Shown piece by piece: positions 49,338-59,730 of a stretch of DNA of 64,000 nucleotides (positions are counted from its first letter, which is position 1; every line of letters starts with the position of its first letter). Below the pieces are notes generated by a model, which had not been told where the DNA came from, did no database searches, and saw only the letters and a program-made list of their open reading frames with translations. Source of the DNA: an uncultured delta proteobacterium (GTDB lineage: Bacteria; Myxococcota_A; Polyangia; Fen-1088). The translations under genes and the position numbers were made by a program. The DNA lies in the NCBI GenBank assembly GCA_963755125.1, contig CAVWIP010000001.1, forward strand, positions 160,001-224,000, in the 5' to 3' direction.

Positions 49338-52006
49338 TGGGCCGGCCTTCACTCGCCGCCCTGCCCATCGATCCCCTCTTGCCCGGGATGGCCACGTCGC
49401 TGCGCGCACGCGGCGCTGTCGCGATCGAAGCGCCCCCCGGCGCCGGGAAGACCACCCGCGTTCCGTTGGCCCTGCTCGATGCAGGTTTTGGCCACCGGGG
49501 AGAGATCGTCGTGTTGCAACCCCGCCGGCTACCGGCGCGCCTGGCGGCCGAACGCGTGGCCAGCGAACGGGGCGAGCGAATCGGCGAAACCGTCGGCTAC
49601 ACCGTGCGTTTCGCCGAGGAGGCTGGCCCGCACACACGCATTCGCTTCATCACCGAAGGGATCCTTCTACGCCGCCTGTTGAGCGAGCCGAATCTCCCCG
49701 GAGTGGAGGTGGTGGTTCTCGACGAGTTCCACGAGCGGCATCTGGCCAGTGACTTGGCCCTGGCGCTCTTGCGACGCCTGCAGCTTGGCGAGCGCCCTGA
49801 CCTCGGGCTGCTGGTCATGTCGGCGACCCTGGACACGGAGCCCGTGTGCGAGTTCTTGGGGGACTGCCCGCTGCTGCGCAGCGAGGGTCGCCTGTTTGAA
49901 ATCGTCGTCGAGCACTTGGCCCAGCCCGACGCGAGGCCGCTGGCCGATCAAGTCGCGAGCGCCGTGCGCCGGCTGTACCAGGAGGGCCTCGACGGCGACG
50001 TGCTGGTGTTTCTTCCTGGCGCGGCGGAAATACGCCGCGCGACCGAGAAACTTGCGTCGTTGGCCGAGCCCCGCGATCTCTTGGTTCTGCCGCTGCACGG
50101 CGACCTACCGCCTGCTGAACAGCGGCGCGCGGTGGAGCCCGCCTCGCGCCGCAAGGTGATTCTCTCCACCAATGTCGCCGAGAGTTCGGTCACCATCGAT
50201 GGCGTGGTCGCCGTGATCGATTCGGGGTTGGCCAGAATCGCCTCGCACTCACCGTGGAGCGGCCTGCCCGTCTTGACGGTGGGCAAGATCAGCCAGGCCT
50301 CGGCTGTCCAGCGCGCCGGCCGGGCGGGCCGCACCCAGCCCGGGCGAGCCCTTCGCTTGTACACCAGACACGATTTCGATTCGCGCCGGCCGCACGAGAT
50401 TCCCGAGATCGCGCGCCTCGATCTTGCAGAGGCGCTCCTGACCCTGGCGGCACTGGGCGTGCGCGATGGCGAGGGCTTCGACTGGTTCGAACGGCCGGCC
50501 GCGCCGGCGCTGCAGGCAGGGCGTGATTTGCTCCGGCGCCTGGGCTCCCTGGACGGCCAGGGCAGGCTGACCGATACGGGCCGACAGATGCTTCGCTTCC
50601 CGGTTCATCCCCGGCTGGCGAGGCTGATCGTCGAAGGTGAGCGCCGAGGTGTGGGCGAGGACGCAGCGGCGCTGGCAGCCCTGGTCGCGGAGGGTGACAT
50701 CAGCGAAATCGCGCGAACGCGGTTCGCGGGTCAGAGCCCACGCGCGGGCGCGCCGGAAGGTGCCGATCTGCTCGATAGGCTGGACCGCTTCCGCCAGGCG
50801 CGCGCGGCGCGCTTTGCGCGGGAACGGCTGCGTGGCCTGGGAGTGGATGTCCGCGCAGTCGAGGCAGCCGAGTTGGCGCGCCGGCAGCTCGCAGCAGCTT
50901 TGCGGCGCGATGGACCGGTAAAGCAGCCGACGGAGTCGCGTGGGGAGCCTGCCGGTTCCCCCTGCGGGTGCGTGGGGGGCCGAAGGGCGGAGCGAACCCT
51001 CCCAGGGTTCCCATCTCAGGCAGACGCCGTCGACGAGGCACTGGCCATGGCGACGCTGGCGGCCTTTCCCGATCGGGTGATGCGCCGACGCAGTCCGGGC
51101 AGCAGCGAGGCGCTTCTGGCCTCGGGCGGTGTCGGCGCTGTCGGGGCACAGCCACCCGATGACCTGCTCTGCGCCGTGGACGTCGAGGAGCGCAGCGCGA
51201 CCGGGGGCCGCGGCCGGACGGTGTCTGTGCGCCTCGCCGTGGGCATCCGTCCCGAATGGCTGCTTGACATCGCACCCGGCGAACTGACGGAGCGTGACGA
51301 GCTCCAGTGGAATGCGGATCGCCAGCGAGTGGAACGGGTCAGTCGCCTGCTCTACGGCGCGCTCACGCTGGAGGAATCGCGCCAGGTCGCGCCGCCTTCG
51401 CCCGAGGCAAGCCGTCTGCTCGCGGAGGCCGCTTTGACAAGCGCGCCGCGCGGACAGGAACACGGCGAGGTCCCCGTGGAGTTGCAAGCCAAACTGGAAA
51501 TTCTGCGCCAGGCCTTTCCCGAGGCCGACGTTCCTGTGCTGGACGCCCAGGAGTGGCAAGCCATGGTGGTGGCGGCGTGCGAAGGCATAACCAGCCTGGC
51601 CGAACTGCAAGCGAGCCCGATCGAGGATCGCTGGCTGGCCAGCCTGCCGCCGCAGGTGGCCCGGCTGCTGCGCGAGGAGGTGCCGGAGCGGATCCGCCTG
51701 GCCAGCGGGCGTGTGGTTCCGTTGCACTATCAAACGGGCCAGACACCCTGGATCGAGTCGCGTCTGCAAGACTTCTTCGGCATGGCCGCAGGGCCGAGCA
51801 TCTGCAAGGGGCGGGTACCGCTCACGCTGCACTTGCTGGCGCCCAACCGGCGAGCCGTGCAGGTCACCAGCGATCTGTCCAACTTTTGGCGCCAGCACTA
51901 CCCCAAGATCCGCCGCGAGCTGTGCCGTCGCTACCCGCGCCATGCATGGCCCGAAGACGGCGCCACCGCCACGCCCCCGGCGCCGATTGCGCAAAAGCGG
52001 CGATAG
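49337..52006 (+). CDS. hrpB: ATP-dependent helicase HrpB
   Basis: APPGAGKTTRVP, DEFHER, MSATL, STNVAESSVTIDG, QRAGRAGR, C-terminal YPRHAWPED. Confidence 0.95.
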   Translation: MGRPSLAALPIDPLLPGMATSLRARGAVAIEAPPGAGKTTRVPLALLDAGFGHRGEIVVLQPRRLPARLAAERVASERGERIGETVGYTVRFAEEAGPHTRIRFITEGILLRRLLSEPNLPGVEVVVLDEFHERHLASDLALALLRRLQLGERPDLGLLVMSATLDTEPVCEFLGDCPLLRSEGRLFEIVVEHLAQPDARPLADQVASAVRRLYQEGLDGDVLVFLPGAAEIRRATEKLASLAEPRDLLVLPLHGDLPPAEQRRAVEPASRRKVILSTNVAESSVTIDGVVAVIDSGLARIASHSPWSGLPVLTVGKISQASAVQRAGRAGRTQPGRALRLYTRHDFDSRRPHEIPEIARLDLAEALLTLAALGVRDGEGFDWFERPAAPALQAGRDLLRRLGSLDGQGRLTDTGRQMLRFPVHPRLARLIVEGERRGVGEDAAALAALVAEGDISEIARTRFAGQSPRAGAPEGADLLDRLDRFRQARAARFARERLRGLGVDVRAVEAAELARRQLAAALRRDGPVKQPTESRGEPAGSPCGCVGGRRAERTLPGFPSQADAVDEALAMATLAAFPDRVMRRRSPGSSEALLASGGVGAVGAQPPDDLLCAVDVEERSATGGRGRTVSVRLAVGIRPEWLLDIAPGELTERDELQWNADRQRVERVSRLLYGALTLEESRQVAPPSPEASRLLAEAALTSAPRGQEHGEVPVELQAKLEILRQAFPEADVPVLDAQEWQAMVVAACEGITSLAELQASPIEDRWLASLPPQVARLLREEVPERIRLASGRVVPLHYQTGQTPWIESRLQDFFGMAAGPSICKGRVPLTLHLLAPNRRAVQVTSDLSNFWRQHYPKIRRELCRRYPRHAWPEDGATATPPAPIAQKRR
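50934..51014 (+). repeat. Palindromic repeat copy inserted in frame in hrpB (81 bp)
   Basis: Shares both ends with 44479-44556; encodes about SRGEPAGSPCGCVGGRRAERTLPGFPS. Confidence 0.7.
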
Positions 52007-52019
52007 AAACGTTCATCGT

Positions 52020-53318
52020 CTACCCTGGCGCAGCCAGCGAGGGGTGCGAGATGAAGAACGGGATGGCCTCGGCCATCAGGTCGAGATCGGGATCGAGTTG
52101 CTTGCCGATGCCCTCGGTGACCGCGATGGCGATGTTCACGATGGTGAACGCCGGAGTCATGCGAATGCGGTGGCGGCGCAGGATGCCCAGCATGTCGATG
52201 AGCACCTTGCCCACCTGGACGTCGGCGAGGCGCTGGCCCCAGTAGCGGCCCACAAAATCGATGACGGAAACACGAAAAGCCTCGTAGGTCTTCTGATCGT
52301 CCGCGTGGCTGGTTGACAGCGAGTACATCTGCTTGGCCATCGTGTCGCCATCCCGCTGGGCCCAGGCTGCAAAGAAGCGCGCCAGGGCGGCACGGTGGAG
52401 CGGGTCGAGTTCCCCGACCAAGCCCAAATCGAGCAGGGCCACCCGATCGTCCGTGGTGATGAGGATGTTCCCGGGGTGCAGGTCAGCATGCACGAAACCG
52501 TCCTCGAAGATCATCTTCATGAGAGCGTGCATGCCCAGACGGGCGATGCGTTTGGGATCCGATCGCGTGTGGCCCACGCCCAGGATCTTGGTCCCTTCGA
52601 TGAAAGACATGCACAGAATGCGCTCGCTCGACAGTTCGGCCAGCACCTGGGGAAAGACCACCTCGTGCTCGTCGCGGAAGTTCTCGCGAAAGCGTTGGTT
52701 GTTGCGCGCCTCGATGCAGAAGTCGAGCTGGGCGAACACCGCGCGTCCGAATTCCTCGACCGCGAACTCGGGTTCCACGGGGACCAGGGGAGGCAGCTTG
52801 CCCAGCCAATGCGCCACCGTGCGCATGACCGCGAGGTCGAAGGTACACAACTCGACCAGATTGGGCCGCCGCACCTTGACCGCCACCACGCGGCCGTCGG
52901 GCAGGCGCGCCTTGTGCACCTGCGCGACCGAGGCCGAGGCGAGGGGAATCGGGGCAAACTCGCTGAAGATCTCGCGCAACGGCCGGTGCAGATCCTCCTC
53001 GATGGTGCGCACCACGTGGGCGAAGGGAAAGGGTCCCACGTCGTCCTGCAGGTGCTCAAGCGCGTGAGTGATGTGTTCGGGAAGCAGATCGGGGCGCGTG
53101 CTCATGATCTGTCCGACCTTGATGAAGGTGGCGCCCAGTCTGCGAAAAAGATCGAGCACACAGCGGCCAAACCAGGCCTGACGGCGTTTGCGCCCCGCGA
53201 AGGTGATGAGCAACCACAGCCAACCCACGAGCCAGTGCAACCCTTGCTGCAGGAACAGGACAAGGATGGTCAGAGCGCGGAGAAGGAGCCGCGTATTGGT
53301 GAAAGTGGCTCGCACCAT
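52020..53318 (-). CDS. ABC1/AarF/UbiB family atypical kinase
   Basis: FIKVGQIMSTRPDL, ASASVAQVH, VAVKV, HADLHPGN and LDLGL motifs. Confidence 0.9.
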   Translation of the reverse strand: MVRATFTNTRLLLRALTILVLFLQQGLHWLVGWLWLLITFAGRKRRQAWFGRCVLDLFRRLGATFIKVGQIMSTRPDLLPEHITHALEHLQDDVGPFPFAHVVRTIEEDLHRPLREIFSEFAPIPLASASVAQVHKARLPDGRVVAVKVRRPNLVELCTFDLAVMRTVAHWLGKLPPLVPVEPEFAVEEFGRAVFAQLDFCIEARNNQRFRENFRDEHEVVFPQVLAELSSERILCMSFIEGTKILGVGHTRSDPKRIARLGMHALMKMIFEDGFVHADLHPGNILITTDDRVALLDLGLVGELDPLHRAALARFFAAWAQRDGDTMAKQMYSLSTSHADDQKTYEAFRVSVIDFVGRYWGQRLADVQVGKVLIDMLGILRRHRIRMTPAFTIVNIAIAVTEGIGKQLDPDLDLMAEAIPFFISHPSLAAPG

Positions 53319-53351
53319 CTGGGAAGGCTATGATTGTCCCACTCTCAACGA

Positions 53352-54074
53352 ATGACGTCTACCGACAGGCCGTCGCCCTATGCCGCGCTCGAGGACAAGC
53401 TCGGCTATGTTTTTCGCGATCCCACTCTGTGCGAGACCGCGCTGACTCACAGATCGTGGATGAACGAGACGCACGAGACTGATCGCTCGGACAATGAACG
53501 GCTGGAATTTCTGGGTGACTCGGTGCTGTCGTTGGCCATCAGCGACATGCTGATGCGACGCTATCCCGAGCATCCCGAGGGCGAGTTGTCGAAAGCTCGG
53601 TCGGCCCTGGTCAACGAGGCAGGCTTGGCGCGCGTGTCCGACGATCTCTTGCTGGGGCAGTGGATCTTCCTCGGGCGTGGTGAGGAACAGGCGGGCGGAC
53701 GACAGAAGCGGTCGCTCTTGTCCAATGCGCTGGAGGCACTGTTGGGCGCGGTCTATCTCGACGGGGGCTTCGCCGCCGCCAGGGGCGTCGTGGAGAGGCT
53801 GTTCCAGCCCGCGCTGGCCGACACACCGGCCAGCACTGCCCGCGATTTCAAGTCGCGATTGCAGGAAGTTTCGCAGGCCCGCATGCAACTCCAGCCCCGC
53901 TACACCATCGTCGCCGAGCACGGGCCGGATCACGACAAGATCTTCGAGATAGCCATTTTGCTCGGCGACAAGGAATACGGCCGCGCCCGCGGAAAGTCGA
54001 AGAAAGAGGCCCAGCAGAATGCGGCTGAACTGGCGCTGGCGGCGTTGCACGCCGAGCGGGGACTTCTAGCTTGA
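53352..54074 (+). CDS. rnc: Ribonuclease III
   Basis: ALTHRS, NERLEFLGDSVL, dsRBD (KSRLQE...GKSKKEAQQ). Confidence 0.95.
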   Translation: MTSTDRPSPYAALEDKLGYVFRDPTLCETALTHRSWMNETHETDRSDNERLEFLGDSVLSLAISDMLMRRYPEHPEGELSKARSALVNEAGLARVSDDLLLGQWIFLGRGEEQAGGRQKRSLLSNALEALLGAVYLDGGFAAARGVVERLFQPALADTPASTARDFKSRLQEVSQARMQLQPRYTIVAEHGPDHDKIFEIAILLGDKEYGRARGKSKKEAQQNAAELALAALHAERGLLA

Positions 54075-55435
54075 TCGATGCCACGCAGATTCCCGACGAT
54101 GTGCTTGCGGTGTGTCGCCGGCTGCGCCAGGCCGGGTTCGAGGCGTATCTGGTGGGCGGCTCCGTGCGCGATCTGCTGCTGGGCCGAAGCTCAGGCGATT
54201 TCGATGTGGCGACCAGCGCCCGCCCAGAAGAGATTCTGCGTGTCTTCGGTTCGCGGTTCAGTGTCCCGACCGGGCTCCAGCATGGCACGGTGACCGTGCT
54301 GGCCGGCGCGACCCCGCGCCATGTGGAGGTCACGACCTTTCGCGGCGAGGGTGTGTATCTCGACGGACGCCATCCCTCGGTGGTGACTTTTGGCGCGACC
54401 CTGGCCGAGGATCTGTCGCGCCGGGATTTCACCATGAACGCCATCGCCTATGAGCCACAGGCGGGTGCGATCATCGATCTTCACCAGGGCCAGCAGGACA
54501 TCGCACGCCGGGTGGTGCGCACCGTGGGCGATGCCGTCCAGCGCTTCTCCGAGGATGGCCTGCGTCCCATGCGCGCCGTGCGACAGGCGACACAGCTTGG
54601 TTTCGAGGTGGACGCCGCCACACTGGCCGCCATACCGGCCACACTGGAGGTCTTCCGCAAGGTCTCGGCCGAACGCGTGCGCGACGAGCTTTTCAAGTTG
54701 TTGCGCGCGCCCGTCCCGTCACGCGGCATCGAGTTGATGCGCCAGACGGGATTGCTCGCCGAGATATTGCCCGAACTGCTGGCCGCGGTCGGGTGCCGAC
54801 AAAACCGTTTTCACAAGGACGACGTCTACCAGCACAGCCTTGCCGCTCTGGATGCCGTCCGTCCCGAACCCATCCTGCGTCTGGCGGCGTTGCTGCACGA
54901 CGTGGGCAAGCCGCGCACGCAGACACCGCAGGCAGATGCGCCGGGTGAGTTTGGTTTCTTCAAGCACGAATCAGTGGGAGCAGAGATGGCGGAAGCCATC
55001 GCCGGCCGATTGCGCCTGTCGGGCGCGGAAACCGAGTTGCTGGTCGCACTGGTGGCACACCACATGTTCTTCTACACACCCGCGTGGACCGACGGCACGG
55101 TTCGGCGTTTCGTCAACCGCGTGCATGCGGAACGCATTCCACCGCTGTTTTCCTTGCGTGAGGCCGACATCGTCAGCCGCGGGCGGGGAGAAGATCCCGA
55201 GTGCGAAACGCGCGAACTGCGCGCCCGCATCGCGCGGGTGGCGGCCGAGGATGCGGTCTTGCGGGTCAAGGATCTGGCCGTGAGCGGCGCCGACGTCATG
55301 CGCGTGCTGGGCGTGGGGCCAGGACCTCAGGTGGGGCAGGTACTCAACCGTCTGCTGGAGCGCGTGCTCGACGATCCGGCGCTCAATCAAAAGGAGACAC
55401 TGGAGCGGCTCATTCCCGAGGTGGCGGCACGCTAG
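54071..55435 (+). CDS. cca: tRNA nucleotidyltransferase/poly(A) polymerase family protein with HD domain
   Basis: VGGSVRDLL, DFDVAT, EDLSRRDFTMNA, EDGLR and LLHDVGK motifs. Confidence 0.8.
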   Translation: MIDATQIPDDVLAVCRRLRQAGFEAYLVGGSVRDLLLGRSSGDFDVATSARPEEILRVFGSRFSVPTGLQHGTVTVLAGATPRHVEVTTFRGEGVYLDGRHPSVVTFGATLAEDLSRRDFTMNAIAYEPQAGAIIDLHQGQQDIARRVVRTVGDAVQRFSEDGLRPMRAVRQATQLGFEVDAATLAAIPATLEVFRKVSAERVRDELFKLLRAPVPSRGIELMRQTGLLAEILPELLAAVGCRQNRFHKDDVYQHSLAALDAVRPEPILRLAALLHDVGKPRTQTPQADAPGEFGFFKHESVGAEMAEAIAGRLRLSGAETELLVALVAHHMFFYTPAWTDGTVRRFVNRVHAERIPPLFSLREADIVSRGRGEDPECETRELRARIARVAAEDAVLRVKDLAVSGADVMRVLGVGPGPQVGQVLNRLLERVLDDPALNQKETLERLIPEVAAR

Positions 55436-56012
55436 GCACCGGGTAGGGCAGCATTTCCATCTCGGAAGCCGGTTCGCCAAGAGCGAGCGGGGCGGTGCCC
55501 GCGCGCAGCGTGGCGACCACGGGCTTCTCGATCTCGCGCAGCCTCACGACGCGATCTTCGCCGCGGTCGTCCTGCAAACAGCGCACGACGACCTGCGCGG
55601 GCTCCAGGTCAGTGGCTGCCTGGATGGCGAGGGCCGAGCAGCCAAGGAAGGCCGCGTTCATGCGATCGGCCAAAGGAGGACCCAGGTTGGGGCCGGTTTC
55701 TCCCTCCGGGAACAACACGAGGACCGGCTTCAGACGTTCGGCCACGGAGCCGAGCAAGGGGCCATGGGTTGCATCCAGTGGCGGGCCAGCGAGCGCCTCA
55801 TCTGAACAGCACAAGATGCGATCCGCGCCTGCTGTCCCCACTCGACCAGCCAGAGTCGCGAGTTCGTCGGGGTTGGTAGGCCCAAGTGCCAGAAGCGCAT
55901 ACACCGTCGCGCCGAGATCGTCGGCAACTCGTCGCGCCTCGGCCAGCGCGAAGCGGGACGCAGCGGTGATCGCCGCGTCCCGAATTTCCATGTAGGCAAT
56001 GATGCTGGCCAT
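55410..56012 (-). CDS. Electron transfer flavoprotein alpha N-terminal-like domain protein
   Basis: Resembles the EtfA N-domain (GADRILC, KPVVATLR); no FAD-binding C-domain. Confidence 0.55.
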   Translation of the reverse strand: MASIIAYMEIRDAAITAASRFALAEARRVADDLGATVYALLALGPTNPDELATLAGRVGTAGADRILCCSDEALAGPPLDATHGPLLGSVAERLKPVLVLFPEGETGPNLGPPLADRMNAAFLGCSALAIQAATDLEPAQVVVRCLQDDRGEDRVVRLREIEKPVVATLRAGTAPLALGEPASEMEMLPYPVPSVPPPRE

Positions 56013-56064
56013 ACGAGCCGAGCGACCATTGTACCGGGGTCCGTGGTAAAGTGGTGGAACAAGC

Positions 56065-57603
56065 ATGACCGTTGGCGAGAGCCCCCCTCTGGGCACGGAC
56101 CCGCTCATCTCGCAGCTTGTCGCGGATCGCTACCGGGTGATTCGCAAGCTGGGCGAGGGCGGGATGGGCTCCGTGTACCTGGCCGAGCACGTGGTCATCG
56201 AGAAGAAGCTCGTGCTCAAGGTGCTCGCTCCCGAACTCGCGCGGAGGGAGGATCTGGTCGCGCGTTTTCTGCAGGAGGCGCGCAGCGCCTCGCGCATCTG
56301 CCACGAGAACGTCATCGACATCTCCGATTTCGGTCAGTCCGCCGAGGGCTACGTCTACATCGCCATGGAGTACCTGGACGGCAAGGATCTGGGCGAAGTG
56401 GTGCGGGCGGAAGGGGCACTGGCCTGGTCGCGCACGCGCGACATCGTGATGCAGATCTGTCGGGCCCTGCGGGCGGCGCACGACAAGGGCATCGTCCACC
56501 GGGACATGAAACCCGAGAACATTTTCCTCATCCAGCGCGAGGGGCGGCCCGAGTTCGTGAAGATTCTCGACTTCGGCATCGCCAAGGTCATGGGACTCGA
56601 TCCGAATGGCCCACGCCTGACCCGCACCGGGATGATCTTCGGCACGCCCGAGTACATGGCGCCCGAACAGGCCGAGGGCAAGGAAGCCGATCATCGAGTG
56701 GACGTCTATGCCGTCGGCTGCATCGCTTACCACCTGATGACCGGTCAAACTCCTTTTATCGCCGACAATTTCATGGCGATTCTGACCAAGCACATGATGG
56801 AAGACCCGGTGCCGCCCAGCGTGCGCCGGCCCGATCTGGCCATCACGCCCGAGATGGACGCCCTGGTGCTGAAAGCGCTGGAGAAGGACCGCGACAATCG
56901 CTACCAGAGCATGGCGGAGTTTCTGGAAGCCTTGGCGATCTGCCGGGGGCCAGACAAGGCAACGGGCCAGCGCTCGGTCGCGGGTTACACGCGCGAGATG
57001 GGGGGCGCCCACGCCAAGGTGGCACTCAAGGTGGCCAAGCCGGCGGAGCGTGCCTCCGACACCGAGTTGGTGCCGCGTGGCTGGGAGGAAGCCGCGGCAT
57101 CAGAAATCGGGGACCGGCCGCTGGGTGGCCGCCCCAACCCGAAGCTCATTTTGGCCGCGGTGGGCGTGGCCCTGGGCGTGGCGGGAGCCGTGTGGTTTGC
57201 TCTTTCCCGCGGCAGCGCGCCTTCACCGTCGGCCCCGGCTGCGGGCGAGGCGAAAGTGATTCCGGCTCCGACGGCGGCTCCGACTCTGACGTCGGTTGCG
57301 GCTCCGGTCGCCGCCGCGTCCGTGGCAGCGCAGGCCGTTGCGCCGACTGTCCCGCCGGCGCCGGCTGCACCTGTTCCTGCGGCGCCAGCCGCGGAACCAC
57401 CTGTCGCTGCGGAGAGCACGGCGACAGCCAAGTTGGGACACCCGTCAGCGGCCCACAAGCCCAAGCCTGGCCACGCACACGCGTCGGCCGCGGCGGTGAA
57501 GCCAGGCGCCGGTCTCTCTCCTCCTCCGGTTGCCGGGCCTCCGCCGCCCAAGCCGAAGCCGCCGGCACCGCCCGCGGACCTCAAGCCGTTCCCCGGGATG
57601 TGA
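56065..57603 (+). CDS. Membrane-anchored Hanks-type Ser/Thr protein kinase
   Basis: LGEGGMGSVY, HRDMKPEN, DFG, GTPEYMAPE, TM helix, Pro/Ala tail. Confidence 0.95.
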   Translation: MTVGESPPLGTDPLISQLVADRYRVIRKLGEGGMGSVYLAEHVVIEKKLVLKVLAPELARREDLVARFLQEARSASRICHENVIDISDFGQSAEGYVYIAMEYLDGKDLGEVVRAEGALAWSRTRDIVMQICRALRAAHDKGIVHRDMKPENIFLIQREGRPEFVKILDFGIAKVMGLDPNGPRLTRTGMIFGTPEYMAPEQAEGKEADHRVDVYAVGCIAYHLMTGQTPFIADNFMAILTKHMMEDPVPPSVRRPDLAITPEMDALVLKALEKDRDNRYQSMAEFLEALAICRGPDKATGQRSVAGYTREMGGAHAKVALKVAKPAERASDTELVPRGWEEAAASEIGDRPLGGRPNPKLILAAVGVALGVAGAVWFALSRGSAPSPSAPAAGEAKVIPAPTAAPTLTSVAAPVAAASVAAQAVAPTVPPAPAAPVPAAPAAEPPVAAESTATAKLGHPSAAHKPKPGHAHASAAAVKPGAGLSPPPVAGPPPPKPKPPAPPADLKPFPGM

Positions 57604-57630
57604 TCAGAGCCCAGGCAAGTAAAAATCAAG

Positions 57631-59730
57631 CTACCTCCGCCGCGGCGGACGCGCGGGCTCGCACATGATCGCCCGCCCGTTGCGTTCCTTCCCGACCAGC
57701 CCGGCGCACAACTTTTCCCCGTCGGCGGAGTCGACGTTGATGTAGCTGTGCGTGTTCATCACGTCGATGGCCGGCGTCGGCACTGACACGCCCGTGCTGG
57801 CCAGCAGTGCCGCGATCTCGTCGGTCGAGACGCTATCCTTGCGACCCAGGTTTAGATACAACCGGACCTGGCCGGGCGCTGGAGCCTGGTAGCCGGCCGC
57901 GGGGGCTTGCGTGCTAGCCACGGGCTGTGGGCTGGCCGCCGCCGGTGATGGTTCCGGCGCCTCGGTGGTCGTCTCCGGCGAGGGGGCGGCACTGGCCGCG
58001 GGCGTGCGTCCGACCTCCTCGCTCCACACTTCCCAGAATTCGCGGCCATCAATCGACGGTGCTGCGGAGGCTGACGTCGGCTGCGCTGGCCGGGCCGCCC
58101 TGGCAGGCTGCGGGCTGCGCTCGGCCCGCTCCCGTCGCTCACCCCCGGATCGCGGGCGATCCGATGAGGCGCGCTCACGGTCACGCGGGGGCCGGCCGCG
58201 ATCCGGTCTGGATCGTTCGCGATCCCGGTAGCCACGCCCATGGCGTTCCTCGGCCGGCTCGCGCGATGACCGGGTAGATTGGCCGCCGACGTTGTCGGCT
58301 GGCGCGGTTTCGGACTGCCCGCTGTCGTCGTGACGAGGTGGCTTGACGTGTTCGACATGAGCCGCTTTGTCGGCCAGTGCCTGATGCAGCAGGCATCCGA
58401 TCAGACGTTCACCGTCACCTGCGCCCATGATCCGCCGGGCCAGCGAACGCCACTCAGCGCCCACGTCGCCGGGAAGCAGGCTGCGCAGTCGCAACACGCT
58501 TTCGCCCTCGCTCTTGGAACGCAGTTCCGCCTCGGAGGGCAGCGCTCGCTCCTCGGGCCGGATCTTGTAGAGCAACTTCAGGTAGTAGAACGAACCGACC
58601 TCGGTGGGGCCGATGAGCGACACCGCGTGACCCGAGCGGCCGGCCCGACCGGTTCGACCGGTGCGGTGGATGTACGCCTCGGGCGACTCCGGGAAGGTGT
58701 AGTTGATCACGCAGGGCAAGTTTTCTATGTCGATTCCGCGTGCCGCCACGTCGGTGGCCACCAGGAAGCGGATGTTGCCGGCACGCATGCGCGCCATGAC
58801 AGTTTCGCGTTCCGACTGCGAAAGGTCCGATGAGATGGCCTCGGCGTCCAGTCCCTGACGGCGCAAGAACTCAGCCACCCGGCCGGTCTCTTCACGGGTG
58901 TTGCAGAAGATGAGCGCGCGTTCGGGATTTTCGAAGGCGAGCACGCGCGACAGCTCGGCTTCGCGCTGCCCGCCGGGGATGGAGTAGTAGATGTGGTGAA
59001 TCTCGTGCACGCCCACAAAGTCGGCCGACAGGGTCACCATTTCGGGCTGGCGCATGTAGCGCCGCGCGAGCCGCTGAATACCCTCGGGCAGGGTAGCGGA
59101 GAACAACATGGTCTGCCGCTCCTGCGGTGTCCGTTCCAGGATGGCCTCGATGTCCTCCTGAAAGCCCATGGACAGCATCTCGTCGCACTCGTCGAGCACG
59201 GCGCACTTGACCTTGTCCAGGTGCAAGGTTCCTCGTCGCAGATGGTCGAGGATACGTCCCGGCGTGCCGCAGACAATCTGCCCGCCGGCGCGGAGTTGTT
59301 CGATCTGGCGGCCCATGGGCGCGCCGCCGTACACGGGAACTATCGACAATCCCGACTGGGTGCTGATGCGCGCGATCTCGGCCGCCACCTGCAGCGCCAG
59401 TTCACGCGTGGGAAGGAGCACGATGGCCTGCACCGACTTCTGCTTGGGGTCGACCATCCCGTCGGCGAAGGGAATTCCGAAGGCCGCCGTCTTGCCTGAA
59501 CCGGTGCGGGACTGCACCATGATGTCGCGGCCGGCGCGCACCAGCGGCAGGGTCACTGACTGAACCTCCATCGGTTCGACAAATCCCATGTCCGCCAAGG
59601 CCTGCAGGACCTCGGGCCGAAGGCCCAGGTCGGCAAAGGAAGTCTTCTTCTCGACAGGGCTGTCACCCGCCGCAGCGGCCGCGGTGGACGGCACGTCGGA
59701 ACTGTCTCTGGCTTCTACTGGATCGATCAT
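57631..59730 (-). CDS. DEAD-box RNA helicase with C-terminal DbpA-type RNA-binding domain (DeaD/CsdA-like)
   Basis: TGSGKT, PTRELA, DECD, SAT, ARGID and HRTGRTGR motifs. Confidence 0.92.
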   Translation of the reverse strand: MIDPVEARDSSDVPSTAAAAAGDSPVEKKTSFADLGLRPEVLQALADMGFVEPMEVQSVTLPLVRAGRDIMVQSRTGSGKTAAFGIPFADGMVDPKQKSVQAIVLLPTRELALQVAAEIARISTQSGLSIVPVYGGAPMGRQIEQLRAGGQIVCGTPGRILDHLRRGTLHLDKVKCAVLDECDEMLSMGFQEDIEAILERTPQERQTMLFSATLPEGIQRLARRYMRQPEMVTLSADFVGVHEIHHIYYSIPGGQREAELSRVLAFENPERALIFCNTREETGRVAEFLRRQGLDAEAISSDLSQSERETVMARMRAGNIRFLVATDVAARGIDIENLPCVINYTFPESPEAYIHRTGRTGRAGRSGHAVSLIGPTEVGSFYYLKLLYKIRPEERALPSEAELRSKSEGESVLRLRSLLPGDVGAEWRSLARRIMGAGDGERLIGCLLHQALADKAAHVEHVKPPRHDDSGQSETAPADNVGGQSTRSSREPAEERHGRGYRDRERSRPDRGRPPRDRERASSDRPRSGGERRERAERSPQPARAARPAQPTSASAAPSIDGREFWEVWSEEVGRTPAASAAPSPETTTEAPEPSPAAASPQPVASTQAPAAGYQAPAPGQVRLYLNLGRKDSVSTDEIAALLASTGVSVPTPAIDVMNTHSYINVDSADGEKLCAGLVGKERNGRAIMCEPARPPRRR

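Noticed and set aside
56027..56038. CATTGTACCGGG matching the island operator
   Set aside because: Single half-site that coincides with a likely TACAAT -10 box of the neighbouring gene; probably chance.
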